Both the position numbers and the translations under genes were made by a program. The notes under the pieces were generated by a model, which was not told where the DNA came from, did not search any database, and was given only the letters and a program-made list of their open reading frames with translations. From Marsupella aquatica (Eukaryota; Plantae; Marchantiophyta), in assembly GCA_973895155.1 (NCBI GenBank), contig OZ316893.1, positions 11,599,660 through 11,663,659 of the forward strand: a stretch of 64,000 bases of DNA, given 5' to 3'. Positions 49,341 through 62,426 of the stretch are shown piece by piece; position 1 is the first letter of the stretch; every line of letters begins with the position of its first letter.

Positions 49341-51466
49341 CCCACCAAGGCTTCTCAAACTCACGCGGCCCTCCGTAAAATGAGTAGAGACACTGTGGGG
49401 CAGGTGTAGAGTTGACCGGGCCAAAAAGCGACCTGTTAGAAACAATCGGGAATGCCCGGGCCTGAAATAACTCCTATATTAAGCAACCTGGTATAACCAG
49501 GTTTTTACAGTGGACAGTGGTGGTTTAAAATAGAATTAAGAAGGACAGGACAGGACACGTGTGCTCCCATGAGGGCTATAGGGCTTCAAGTTGAAATGCA
49601 TGAAGCGTCAGTCTGAAAAGTACATAAGTGGAAGAAACTGAGAGGAAAAACCAAAATATCACCTTTTGAAATGATCTAAAATTTTGGCTAAAAACAGAGC
49701 AAGTGGACATTTTCCTTTGGGCCCACTCAAAGTGCCAGACAAGAAAAACAACAAAATTTAAGATTTGTATTTCTACTTTTAACATCTGGGTATACAAGCA
49801 ATCAATAAACTTGCATGAAAAGGGAAGGTACAACTCTTGTAGGTTGTGGGAAGCACACATCCGACCCATTTTGACTTCCATAGATCACTTTTACATAGAT
49901 CCTCACACTCTCAAAGAACGAAAACCCCAAAACGGGAAAACCTCAAAACGGGGAGATAGGATCCCAAAGGCAAAAGATCCAAGAAAGGGGGGAGTGGTGG
50001 AGGAGAAGGGAAAGACCACAAGAGGGCCAAAGAGACCCCACAAGTCCAAGAGCCCCTAACAAATGCAAGAGAACACAAAGCTATCTAAACATTATAACAT
50101 ATTATTATCCTATCACTTTTCTGCATTATGTTTACAAAACCAATCTGGGTGGGAACAAACCATGGTACTTCCCTTTGCCCCTCACATTTCTCCTCCATCT
50201 TCCCTGACCTCCTCTCTTGTCCTTGCCTCCCTTAGCCCAAGCCCCACCCTTGCAACCCTCCCGGCCATCACTCACCAACCTGAGAAACAGTCAGCAGCAC
50301 CGCATGGTCCATGCCATGGCCCAACCCAACCCGACGTGCAATGCCATTGACTAGGTTTTGTTTTGACACCACTATTACATCAGCCCCAACATATCTCTTA
50401 CATCAAGCCCGACATCAACAACATCCTCAAAGACATTTCCCTCTCCCGCTATTTCTTTCGTCAATGACTTCCTTTGCCTGGAAGACACACCCTTGCATTG
50501 ATGACACATAAGATATCTCAGCAACTTCCTTACCTCCACAACTTACACTTCCTTGCCTTACTTGCAGCTTTGTCTCACCTCGACATTTCCTTTGCAATGC
50601 ACAGGCATTGGGGTTGTCTAATTACTGAAGTGTGAACAAAAAGCTAGGGTAAGGGCCAACACCTAGATAGTGACTTTAGGGACAGCTAACATTGGTGAAA
50701 AAAACTGAGAATGGGCACAATTTAGAGAGACAATACTCACCATCTACTCACAAGTAAAGCTCGGGCATTTAGGGTAGTCAGAATCATGGATCAGGTACAT
50801 AAAAACGATTCCTCCAAGGCAAAAAATAATAATTAACAAATTGCCATAAGAAAATTTTATTTCCTCCATATTCATAAAAAATCAAACCAAGGCAAACTAT
50901 CATGATAAATGATCAAAGGGAGAGAGTGATGGCATGAGTGTTTTGTGGGTCCTTTTCAAGGCACTGCTACCCTTCGTATGAGGATTATGCCTATCTTTTG
51001 AAGATGAAGTAGCCAGCTAGAGACAATGTTCCTGTCCACTACCACTGTTTCATATCTCATTCCTGGAGATGATTTCTCTGGAGCTAGTGGCAGGTGGGCA
51101 AGAAGTCTCCAAAGGTCCTTGTTTGACTTGTGCATCCATATCACTTTGACAAGATTAATATCATGAAGATTCTCCTTCACTTCTTCCTCTTAAGGAAACC
51201 CCCAATCAAACTCACTCTCCTAGCTCCAATCCAGCTCCCTCCTCCCCCAAATACATTTCCTCCCTCCCCCAAATGCATTTCCTCCTGTCCCTGATCATCT
51301 CAGGGGTTAAGTAATTGGCTATTTTGAGATACCTTGTGCTATATTAGCCTAATTTTAATAACCTTATATATAATCAATATGTTATAAGGAGTATTTGTTA
51401 TTTTCACTTTAATTGACTACATTATTTTACAAAAGATATAGATATTAGAGGGATATTCTAAATGTA

Positions 51467-51704
51467 CGAGCCCTATGCTCTGGCATTGCATGGCGCAAGG
51501 AGGGCCGGCCCATAGGGAGTCGGGCTGGGGCATTTAGGGGGCAGCGCGGGGAAGCACATATGCGCCAGGGGTGCCCATTTCCTCCATCAACAGCCAGGGA
51601 AAACAGCCAAACAAATCCAATGGCTGTGGATCTTTCCTGCCCAGGAGTTTTTTGTATTGGGACAAAGGACGAAAAAATGTGGGATCCCTTATAATAGTTG
51701 TAGA
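51467..51704 (-). mobile_element. Non-autonomous Helitron, copy 2
   Basis: Minus strand reads A|TCTACAACTATTATAAGGGATCC ... GCATAGGGCTCG|T; homologous to 5696-6038 over its whole length. Confidence 0.65.
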
Positions 51705-52393
51705 TAAGCGTACTGTTGCCCACCTTCTTTTTTACCTCCTCTGCTTTAGAAAACTTTTACAAATATCACTCAAATGTACATATTTTACTTGCATGTGTTT
51801 TTTACGGATTTCCACAGTCTACCCCTGGAGCTGACCATTTGACAATGCAACCTGTGCATAAGATGGCCATCCTGTCCGGTCCCATGTCCTTATCAACTTC
51901 CATCATGTAATGCAAGACCTAAACTTTGTTGGGTTGAATAGTGTTTGTTATCAAAATTGAGTACACTTAGAGATTGGCTTAGGCCAGCACTGGCCAGACC
52001 AGGCCCTCTTTGATCACACATTAACCTCACTAGCTCCCCCTCCTGTTTGCTATCACCTGACATTAGTCTGTCTCCAGGACCCAAACAGTAGCTAGAGCAT
52101 ATCCAATAGTTTTTTTTTGGCTTTTTCCCAGCCATAACCCCTTTGCCAAGGTGGCCTGCAGGTTCCAAGCCTCATAATCCCCACCCAGCCGCGCCAAGTC
52201 TCAATGTTTCAAAGTTTTGTGTGAAAATAGCATCAGGGGTTATATTTGCTAACCCATGGCCTGGTCAAGGCTAGGGCCATGGATGAAATTCCCCAGGACT
52301 CACTGCATTCGGAGATCAATTACAGCCCATAATCTACTCCAGGCCATGAGTTACCCTACACTTTCCCAGCCCCTGTAGAGATGCTCTATATTA

Positions 52394-52808
52394 GTTTTGG
52401 ATGTTGGTCATGAGTGGTAAACCACCTGTTTACGAGTCTGCCACTTTAGTTCCGGGAAAACCTGCATGACCCAAACTAGAGCCAAAACTGAGAGGTTTGA
52501 GACTCACTACTAGGGCGTCTCAAACCTGAAGGGCCAAAAAAAGTTCCAAGCCGGCAAGTGTCAGTTTTGGATGTCAACCGTAACCGGTAAAGCAGCTATT
52601 TACAAGTCCGCCACCTTACTTCCAGGAAAACCCGGGTGACCCTGACTAGAGCCATAGCCTAACTCTAGTCCAGCCAGTGACCAAGACCAACACCATGGTC
52701 ACAAACCTGGTACATACAACCAAACCAACACCAACACCTTGGTCACAAAGCTGGTACCTACAACCAAACCAAGACCAACACCTTGGTCACAAAGCTGGTA
52801 CATACAAC
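52394..52808. repeat. Repeats upstream of RBX1
   Basis: Diverged ~90 bp direct repeat (52394-52483, 52564-52653) and three ~44-48 bp units CCAACACC.TGGTCACAAA.CTGGTAC.TACAAC (52681-52808). Confidence 0.7.
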
Positions 52809-54123
52809 ATCCATCAGAGCTGTTGAATTGGCTGTTGAACTTCATTTAGGTCCTTCACCTTCGTTAGGTTTTGACTGGTCTGCGACTCCGCGTCGAGGAG
52901 TTCCAATTCAATATTTAACAACCGTAAACGACGGCAAAGTGCTGCACATTTAATCGATCGAAAAGTAGAGTTCCGACACAATCCATCGAACGTTCGAAGA
53001 TGATCACCGAAGCCTGCATCCCACTGTCACGATAATCACCGTCGAGAATCGAGAAGCGAGGAGGGAAAGGGGCTTTCGTTTCGCGACCGTGCATGAGCCA
53101 GGATTCGCTCCAGGCCGGTAAGTAAAGCTCCTCCGTTCTCTGCATTCCTTTGAAGAACAACAAGCTCGATGATGTCGTGTTTGAAAGGGAGGTGAGGAAG
53201 AATTTCCCATATATTTATGCCTGCAGAATGATGGATAGTCGTCGGTGTTCAAAGAGTATTCATAAGGAAATGACCATTGAACTTCTTGGCTACGTGTTCT
53301 GGTAGGCTAACTTCGCTGCCACATTTCCCTGGCTGAAACGAATGATAGTTTTAGGGTTTCATGGGTTGCGTAGGTGCAAATTAGCTTTTCCATCGAGATG
53401 TTGTTTTCTTCTGGAGAGTGACAGGTAACGATTGTGGAGCTGTGTTTGGTCGATTTTCTGTTACTTGACTTCAGTGGAAAATCCTCCCAAGGCTCCCATC
53501 ACCTGTCCGTTCCTGTCCTTCTGTGCCATCAACGCGTTTATGCCATACTTCTCCTTTATTTATAACTTAGTATCGGCAAGCTAACCTAGGTGGAGTGTTT
53601 GTTACGCCAAGCTCTAGAGGACTGATTCGGGTACTCTTCCGCTGCCTCCCTCGTTTGAAGAGAAAAGGCTTTCTGACCCAGACCTCGCTAGACTATCTCC
53701 TTCTCTGGCTGCATTTCAACGACGGTCCAGTCCAGCATTCATACATCGCTCTTGAATTGTGACGAGATTTCTGTGCGTTTCTTTGCGTTTCAGTTTGGGC
53801 CCTGTCTGTGAAGGAGCGGCCCACGAAATAGTCTATCGTTGGTGTACTTGATACGGAGAACTCGCTTTTGCTCTTGCAGATGCATTTCCACTTCGGTCCA
53901 GTCCATGATTGTAACCTTACTCTCGAATTCCAGAGGAGACGTGAGTTTCAATCTGCGCCAAATCGGTGAGGGCGCGGCCACCGGAAGTTCTATCGGTGCT
54001 GTTGCCTTGCTGCGGAGAATTCGCTTGGCTGCTCTGCTGCATCTTTTCATCCGTCGGGACAAGGGTTCGGAGCAATTGAAGGAGGAGGAGGCGGCGGGGT
54101 AAGGAGGGATTCTTTGAAGCGGG

Positions 54124-54486
54124 ATGGCGACGCCGGTGGATATGGAGGTGATACCCTCGGGGACAGGAGGGGACGCAGGGGCGAGCAGCAGTGCAGGACC
54201 GAGCACAAGGAGGCCCAAGCGGTTCGAGATCAAGAAGTGGAATGCCGTAGCACTCTGGGCTTGGGATATCGTAGTTGACAACTGTGCTATCTGCAGAAAC
54301 CACATCATGGATCTCTGCATTGAGTGCCAAGCTAATCAGGCCAGCGCTACCAGTGAGGAATGCACAGTTGCATGGGGTGTTTGCAACCATGCGTTTCACT
54401 TCCACTGCATCAGTCGTTGGCTGAAGACTCGGCAAGTGTGCCCTCTGGATAACAGCGAGTGGGAGTTTCAGAAGTATGGGCGTTGA
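54124..54486 (+). CDS. RBX1: RING-box protein 1 (cullin-RING ligase subunit), intronless CDS
   Basis: [79 protein letters not shown]. Probable 5' UTR intron 53118-53879 (GTAAGT...TTGCAG). Confidence 0.97.
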   Translation: MATPVDMEVIPSGTGGDAGASSSAGPSTRRPKRFEIKKWNAVALWAWDIVVDNCAICRNHIMDLCIECQANQASATSEECTVAWGVCNHAFHFHCISRWLKTRQVCPLDNSEWEFQKYGR

Positions 54487-55682
54487 GTTAATGATGCCGG
54501 GTACTGGCTGAGAAGCCTGGTACTGAAGTTCAGCGCTACCATAATATTCAGTATGATTGGCCAAACTTGTCTAGCAGGCAGTGCGCTGGTGCCTGTGTGC
54601 TGGGCCTTTCTCTCGTGGTCTTCTTCAGCGCAGCGCATCTTCTCTGTACAGAATCGCCAGGGCGATACTGTTTGCATTGTAGAGTTTGGCCTCCTGATTT
54701 AGGGTTGGCTTGGCAACCGGTCTATTAAATTGATAGTACACTGACAATCCGATGTAGTAGCATCATGTATTAGTCATGTTCTCGTTCCTTCCTCGCTATG
54801 GAATTAGCTTCAGCCGGCCTAGAGTTTTTTGGGGTCGAGAATTAGAGAACTTGATGTCGATACAGTAAAGGTATAACTGAAATGTCATTCCCAACTTAGG
54901 TAAGGGTCAAGGGGAAAGCTCTATGAGACTGAATCCCATTCACTATTGGGTACTACTTGGCCAGTGAACCCAAATGTAAGGAAAGATTTGACTGGTGGAC
55001 GCCTAAACATTGCACTACCCTGAACCTACAGACTTACCAAAGCATTCAAAAAATGAGAATTTCAAGTTTTGCTCATTCTGAAATATGGTAGAGATAGTAG
55101 ATTGCCCCAGTGCTATGGCTGTGAGAACGTCTGATGATATGAGAGTGAGCCGAGAGTTAGGAAGACTTGGAGCCTGTAAGCAAGAATTTTAGGCTATGAA
55201 TAGGATTTGGTGTCCTGTAAGCAATGTCTTGGGCTATGGAAGCATGATTCGGGGTCCCAAGGAGGGATTTTGGTTTCAGGCAAAGTTCTAGGCCCGATGC
55301 CCATGTGTCTATCAGATTAAATATCGACCAGGCTTGTTGATACATTAAGTCGATACAGTCCACTTTCCAGAAGACTTGACACTTCCTTCCGTGTACACAG
55401 TATGTAGGGGCACTTCTTTGAAGTTCACTCCAATTTGAACCCCCGTGTACCTTTTGTTTTCAGAGATTAGCCAGCGGCAAGTGCTCTGCAACAATTGCAT
55501 GTGCTTCACCATTTGACAAACTAGTCAAAATTTATTAGAATGCAGAAGCAAAAAATCTTCTGTTCTTCTGCTCGAAGAAAGTAAGGAAAGGAATCGGACC
55601 TTTTTCCTATGCTGGAGGCCAAGACTTCCAGTATGTCTGAGGTGGACTTTACCAACTTCATGGTCATTCAATCTGATTTGCG

Positions 55683-55857
55683 CAGGAACTTCACGATGCA
55701 GGCCTCTGTTACTTTCTGTGAAGTTAATAGCCAAATGAAAGGTATCAACTGAGTGACGGACCCACAGCACAGGAACTTAACGATGCAGGCCCTCTGTTAA
55801 CTTTTGTGGAGTACGAACCAAATGAAAAGTATCCAATTGGGTGATGGATCTACAGCA
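55683..55857. repeat. Diverged ~87 bp tandem duplication
   Basis: CAGGAACTT.ACGATGCAGGCC...CCAAATGAAA.GTATC...ACAGCA occurs twice. Confidence 0.7.
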
Positions 55858-55975
55858 TTGATCGCATGTTGGATGTCTCAACTGCCCTTGGAGCTCGAAG
55901 ATGGAGTTTTTGGTGATGCAATGCCCACACATTTCTCCACTGTCTTTTCATTTTGACTTAGCATAACACAGTCAT

Positions 55976-58864
55976 TCAAGAGGAAAAGAATTTGACTAAG
56001 GTCTGCATGAGGTATAAACCGGCTTGTCCGGCCCGGTAAGACTGCAAAGTACGTGCTCCACAGACTGCATGATTGGGACGAATTGCCGTAAGAACAATCA
56101 CTTCCCTGAACCCTCGTGTCACATCTGTCTGCATACTGTTATCCTTCGTTGAATCCAAGATGTTCTTGACTTTCTTTCGAACGAGGGAGGCGGGGGTCAC
56201 ACCAACTACACTGAAAGGAAAATAAATTGTTCTCAGAGTTGGGAAAAAGGTGCTTTGCCCCATTTGCTACAATGTGGAAGGGGATGATTAGAGAGGTGAA
56301 TGAAAAGAGCACCTTCGTCCATAAAATGCTTTAATGCCTTCATATGGCTTTAGTCCCAGGTCACTTAATTTTTTGTTTTTGGAAGCAATAGGGAAAACCA
56401 ATCCTAGCATCAACAAAAATTTTGAAAAACAAAATTTTTAAGAGAACACGTCAGAATAAATTGGGGTCAATCAATGTAACTGTAGTTTACTTGCAAGTTA
56501 AGGTCCTGTGACCCTAAACTGCCATTAGCCTGCCTTTGAACCTATTAGTGATCTAGATCCAACTGCCACTGTCCATTTTCAAAACCTGGTGTATCCAAGT
56601 AACCATTTAGTCATTAAGATTCTTAACAAAGTTAAAAAGTGGACAAAAAGTGACTATTTAGTACTCCCACAGTTTCATGGACACTTGTGGTTTAAGCATT
56701 GGTCGAGCAGCACGAGAGAGCTCCAAGTTTGTACGACATGCCAAAGATCAATGCTGCAGGATCCAGCTGCTGTGGCTTTTATCAGTTGGATCCTGCAACA
56801 TCAATCTTTGGCATGTCATCCAAACCCTAATGTTCTGATTGGCCAAATTGATTGTCTGGTAACTTGTATTGTATCTGGTAGTTACACATGTGAACTCTTG
56901 TCTGGGTTGGCCAAATTGATAGGACTTACCGGTGCTCCCCAGTTTCTCTAGAGTTTCCCGGTCCACCCCCTGCTGAAATGGGATAGACCTGTTATCCCTT
57001 GGAAAGCCTTGTCCAGACAACCATTATCATATATCTAAAGCCCTCCCTCATACAGGGCATTGTCCCAACAAAAGGGTCCAATGTGGGTTTTCCTGGACAT
57101 TCTCCCCTTCACCCAGACTTCATATGGCAATCTATGATCTAGTGATGATTCCCATGGAGCGGGCCATGGAGTCTCAGTGAGAGGAGAATATCCATGAAAG
57201 CCATAAGCCATCAGTATTCACAAGCATAGTTTCAATCTTGAAAATAATTGTTACCAAGTATATTCATTCAAATATTAAAATAATTGTTGACAAATAAAAG
57301 GGCCATCATTACTCACAGAACTGAAAGCCCGGAGGGACTGGGGCGTTGTCCACGAAGCCCATGTGGACAAACAAACCCTGCATGGACTGGACCCAACCAC
57401 TGGAATATGCTCCTGCACTGTTCATTCTTGTTCTGTCCAAAATGTGACCTGTAAATGGTCAGATGACCTGCGACTACAGGTTTCAGTTGAGTCTCCTGGT
57501 CAACCAGTCCTGACGCAGGTCACTCTGTCCTGTTACCTGTCTGGTACTTCTGGCTGGAGTGACAGGATCATTGGGAAGCTTGTCGTCGCATCTGAAAGGT
57601 GAGCACAATGTTGCCTAGCTTTCTACCTCTTTAAGCTAATGTGGAATGTGTGCTGATTTGTCCACCATAGCTAATTATTTGTGTGATATATGTTCTTATG
57701 AAGGAGCGTCAGTCACCTCAAGCGTCTCTCTCTATTACAGAAAATGCAGTTTCTAAACAAAGAAACTCCAGGAGAAACTCCCAAACACGTGCTTGCTCCA
57801 GACAAGGTTGGACTTTTGAGCACCCTCTTTTTACTGCAATTACGTGAGGCAATGTCCGTTGCTTTTGCTATCATAGTGTTTTTGCTACTACGAGTCCATT
57901 CTAGTTTCTTAGCCGCCATTGTCTTCTTAGATATTGTTGCATTCCTCTGCTTTTGCGTTGCTGCATTTGTGTTTGCGCTGCTACTTCTCCATTTGTGTGT
58001 ACATTGCGATGCTGCATTTGTTACTGTTGTGTACTTATTGCATTTGCGCTGCTCCTGAATTTATGCACATTGAGGTTGTGTAGTCTGTGTTCCCTCTGAT
58101 TTCCATTTCAGCCCCGAACTGACAACTAGTATACTTCCACCAATGGGTGCCGTAAATCAGAATTCACAACAACTTTGTGGGATAGGTGAGGTTCAACAAA
58201 GCACCAAAGCTACGCCAGGGCAATACTTCATTTCTGGTATGATCTGAGTACTAACTCATCTACTTCATCTGGGAGCCATATTCACAGGATTCCATTCATG
58301 AGTTCTTATTATTGGATGTGCATTAGTTCCTCATCCAATTGGATCGTTCTGATCAATGGATCTGAATTTGTAGCTCATTGAATTGAGACGCTGCATCGAA
58401 TATATTGTTAATGCACCAACTTCAACACTCTATGAAGCAAGCAATGTTGGTTGAATTCGATATAGCAAAAGTCACAATAAAGTTATTGATAGAGCTCATA
58501 CCTCAATGCGGCATTGAGCTTTCCTACAGGAGGACCTGCAAACAATGACAATGAGAGATCACGTACATAATTAGGCAAGGAACATTGCATTACAAAATGT
58601 TCCACATTGAATGTGGATCTATAAGATCGTAGGCAAAAATCAGAGGCCCCGCAGTGGAACAATGATCATAGGCAGCAATTACTTGGTGCAGGCGCAAGCT
58701 TATTTCATTGGGCTATCAGCAAGAGGCGCAGATTGAGCAACAAAATATGCAACAGAGAAAAGCGCAGGGGCACACAAGCATCAAAGCATGAGAGACATTG
58801 ACTCATACCTTCTTCTCGCGAGAGTTGCAAAGCGAGGGCAGCGTTTGGCACAGGAGTACTTCAT
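55976..58864 (-). CDS. Putative 4-exon orphan gene, ~220 aa basic Cys-containing protein
   Basis: Exons 58864-58809, 58535-58502, 58054-57717, 56210-55976 join without stops at GT-AG sites; TATA-like run at 58960-58970. No recognised domain; splice sites chosen by eye. Confidence 0.3.
56735..56817. other. 83 nt near-perfect hairpin
   Basis: GACATGCCAAAGATCAATGCTGCAGGATCCAGCTG pairs with CAGTTGGATCCTGCAACATCAATCTTTGGCATGTC (35 bp, 4 mismatches). Confidence 0.75.
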
Positions 58865-59132
58865 TCTGTGATGCTTGTACTGTAGCGGGGATGTAGCGGG
58901 AGTTCTTCCCCTGGTGCTTCCCTGCAAATTGCACTAAGCTCCCTCTCTTCCCGCCACTCATATATATAAATGGAATTATTGATAAACTGCTAATAGAATC
59001 ATGTTCAACTACTAACATCCATTTTGAGGCGGTTTTGCGTGGAATTGGGGGTAATCACATTATTGTCCCTGTCACGGTCCATGGGAGGAGTCATGGACAA
59101 CACCCCTGCCAGTCCATCCGGGCTTTAAGTTC
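57318..59132. mobile_element. Non-autonomous MULE (Pack-MULE-like), 1815 bp
   Basis: ~50 bp TIRs GAACT(G/T)AAAGCCCGGA(G/T)GGACTGG...GTTGTCCA; 9 bp TSD TTACTCACA/TTACTCATA. Confidence 0.7.
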
Positions 59133-62100
59133 TTACTCATAAGCATAATCTAAACATTAAAAATAAATAATTGTTTTAAAATAAATTAGTCCAAATAGTA
59201 AAAGCAATTGTTAGCAAATAATTAGGGCATACTATGAAAGTAGACTTGGATCACAAATCATACTATAATTAGTTTGATCGAGTACCCCTTGGTTATGTAA
59301 GCTTGTTTTATTGAATATTTGGAGCCATGAAGAGTTGCACATTGGAAATAGATGGATGAGAGGACAAAGATTAAATGGAGTATTTTAGATGAAGTGAATT
59401 TTAAAGGTAGTTAGGACAATTTCATTGAAGATGAATAGGAGTATATTCATGGTAATACCAAGGGTAATTCTCCATGCAAAAAGTTAGTACCTTTATGTCT
59501 ATACCATACATGCTTAACATTCCATATAGTTCGATCATGCAAAATATTACTTTGTCCATAGTAGTTGAAAGGTTGAGTCCCTTGGTATTCCTCTACTCCT
59601 AGTAGTTATGGTGTTTCCTACCTTTTCTTGTTAATTCTTTATCCATAGGAGCCAAATGCTAGGGTTTCTTAACTAAGTTACTTTGGTAAATGTTAGAGAA
59701 GTTGAAGAGTTTCTTTCTACTTGTCATTATTTCAAAACTGTGTAAATTAAATAGAAAATTGATACAGATTTCCAGATACACTAATATATCAATCACAACT
59801 TATTCAAAGATTTTTTTCTTTCACCCCTGTTTTACCCTTTTATTTGTTTACTTGAAATGTTATTTTTCAGTTTTCCATTGTTTTTATAGTTACAAGGTCT
59901 AAATGTTTTTCTTTGCCTCGCCTCAAACATGAATAGTCAAATTTGGTTTTTCTTGCATAACTAACGGTTATTGTTTGTGACAAATCATGTAGATGTGGCT
60001 GCATGTGCATCCAGGAATTTTGGAAGGAACTTCCCATGGGAGTCCGTAAATAAATTCCCTTGCGAGAGGGCTTCACCTACCACTAATTGCTACGTTCTGT
60101 TTGATGCCAACTGACTGCCTTTTGCCTAACTGTATCAAGTAGAACTGTCATCTATATATCAAAGTGCAAAAGGACAAATATGCTGGCAGGGTCCCAAAGG
60201 CAAAGCAGCCCAATAAAGGTAAAGAAAAGGCAGGGGAAAAGGCCCTCAGACGACCAAGAGGTCCAACAAGCCAAGAGTCCCCCAAAACCAATACAGAAAA
60301 GGAACAACAAGCCAAAGATCTCACTAAGTGGCCTAGAAGACTAACACCCGGTTGGCCCGAGAACTGAAAAGCCTGACAGAGCTCTGGAGGATTCCTCCTC
60401 CTGATCCGTCCTTTCCCGTTTATGCGCCTACTTTGCCTCCCCCACCACCAACTCTCGTTGTCCCCCCTACTCCTCCTCCCACATCCCTACCAGATCCCAA
60501 AACATCAGAGGCAATAGGGGTCTCAAATATGCACAAGTGTTCTTCTTCCGTGTATAAGGGCCAGAATCCTAAACATGACCCGCAGATGACTTCAAGATTT
60601 TTAAAATTAATTTGATTTTCAGTCTCTCAACAGCCAGGCTGCTGCAGGGGGAAGTGGGCATCCGGAATAGGAGAAATCCAGTGACATGATTGTGCGGGCT
60701 AGGCTCAGGGAACCTGCACAGTTTTCAGCAGTGTCCCTGCCAAACCTAGACCCGGATTGTCCTTAGACTCCATGCCGGCTACATTTGAGACCCCCTAATA
60801 GCAGCACTACAACCTGCAGATCGTCCTACTACTACCGCTCCTACACCAAGGGCTCCAGCTTGCTCCACAGCCTTAAACTTTCCATGCCTGGAATCACACA
60901 TTAAAATGTGGTAATATAGGGTGTGCACTCATTGATTTAAAGAAGATAATAAGGTTTATTAAGGTACGGAGAGATGACATACACAATATATGTCAAATTT
61001 TTTATGTGCAGTTCAAAAACTTTCTCTTCTTAAATCACCACTAGCCATGACAAAACCTGGGTACCCACGGTTTCACCATATAGCATGTTCATCTTGGAAT
61101 ATGCCTCTTCTTTTGTCTTGTAGTGATATGTATTCATTTAATTTATTTTATGATAAAAGAAGTAGGTACATGTACAATATATGCCAAAAAAATTAATATG
61201 TGTTAGTTAAAAGCGAGTGACATAACACACACAAACATAAGTACACATGCAAAGAAAAGCACATTATGACCAAGAAAGTATAAAGGTACTAAAAAGTTGT
61301 GTACACTCAATACATATTTTCACTTGCTTTTAGGTAATGACAATCAACTCAATTAAAACCATAAATTTTATTAAAAAAAACACTAAGAGAACTTAGTAAA
61401 CCAGACGTGCACATTGTTCAAATTTATTTATTTCACTTTCATGAGAAAAAAAAAGATTTTTTTCTCATGAGAGTCAAATACATAAAAAATACTCTAAGTT
61501 CTCTAAAACTAAAAGGGGTCCAAAAGGTAATTCAAAATAAAATTAATACAAATGATTCACCTTGTTAAAGCACATTAAAATCAAAATATTGGACAAAAAA
61601 TATGACAAAATGTGAAAGGTGTATTCCCCATATAGAAGTCATAATGGGAATAATCACAAAACATGGGTACACCCTGTTTCACCATTAACACTACCATTAA
61701 ACTGAAATTGTGGAGCAAATGGCACGGTAGAGACAAGGAACGTGAAAAAGGGTGCTGCAAAAGAAGAAAGAGGAGTAGAGGACCCGCAGCCGATGAATTT
61801 AGATCTTACAGAGCTAAAGACCCAATTGCCCATGTCCCAACAGTGCTGCTGCTGCTGCTCCAGCAGAAGCCCCCGGGAGAAGAAGCACCCCATGCCGACC
61901 CGCTGCTTGACCCGATTGCACATTTCTGCTGTTACTACAACTGCTACTCCGGTGTTGCTTCTGATCTTGTAATCCCACAGCAAATTGCTGCGACGCTCCT
62001 GTTCAAGACAAAAAAGAGTGAAGCCCCCTCCTCCTGCTGAAGCATTACCACCACCCTTCGCTCCTCCTGCTCCTCCTGCTGCTCTTCCTGCTGATAATGA

Positions 62101-62426
62101 TTTCTGTTGGGCCGACGACGAAGACTTCGGAGCTCTAATATATAATCCTGGAGAGGCAGGTTCTGGCTTGGGAGATTTTGGCAACCCATCGTGATTCCTT
62201 CCTCTCAGTAGACTTCATATGGAATGATGACGTCTCGGAGGGACGCAAGACTCTCTTGTAGTTATGTGATTCCTGGAAGGACAGTAGTGATGAGGACAAT
62301 GTGGGTCTTCTTTGTACAAAGAGAGCAATTGGGAATGGTGGCTAATTCCTTGCTAACAAGAAGCCGAGCGCGCTCTGTCATGAATGGATGATACATTTCT
62401 CATTTGGATCAGAGGGAAGCACAGAG

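Noticed and set aside
49600-50060. Basic ORF resembling 60164-60367 (PKAK.P.KG)
   Set aside because: Possibly two relics of one old repeat, but the similarity is low-complexity and no ends could be defined.
53790-54564. 176 and 215 aa antisense ORFs
   Set aside because: Shadows of RBX1 and its GC-rich leader.
61654-62194. Pro/Gly-rich overlapping ORFs as a gene
   Set aside because: Driven by CTG/CCT microsatellites; no consistent start or frame.
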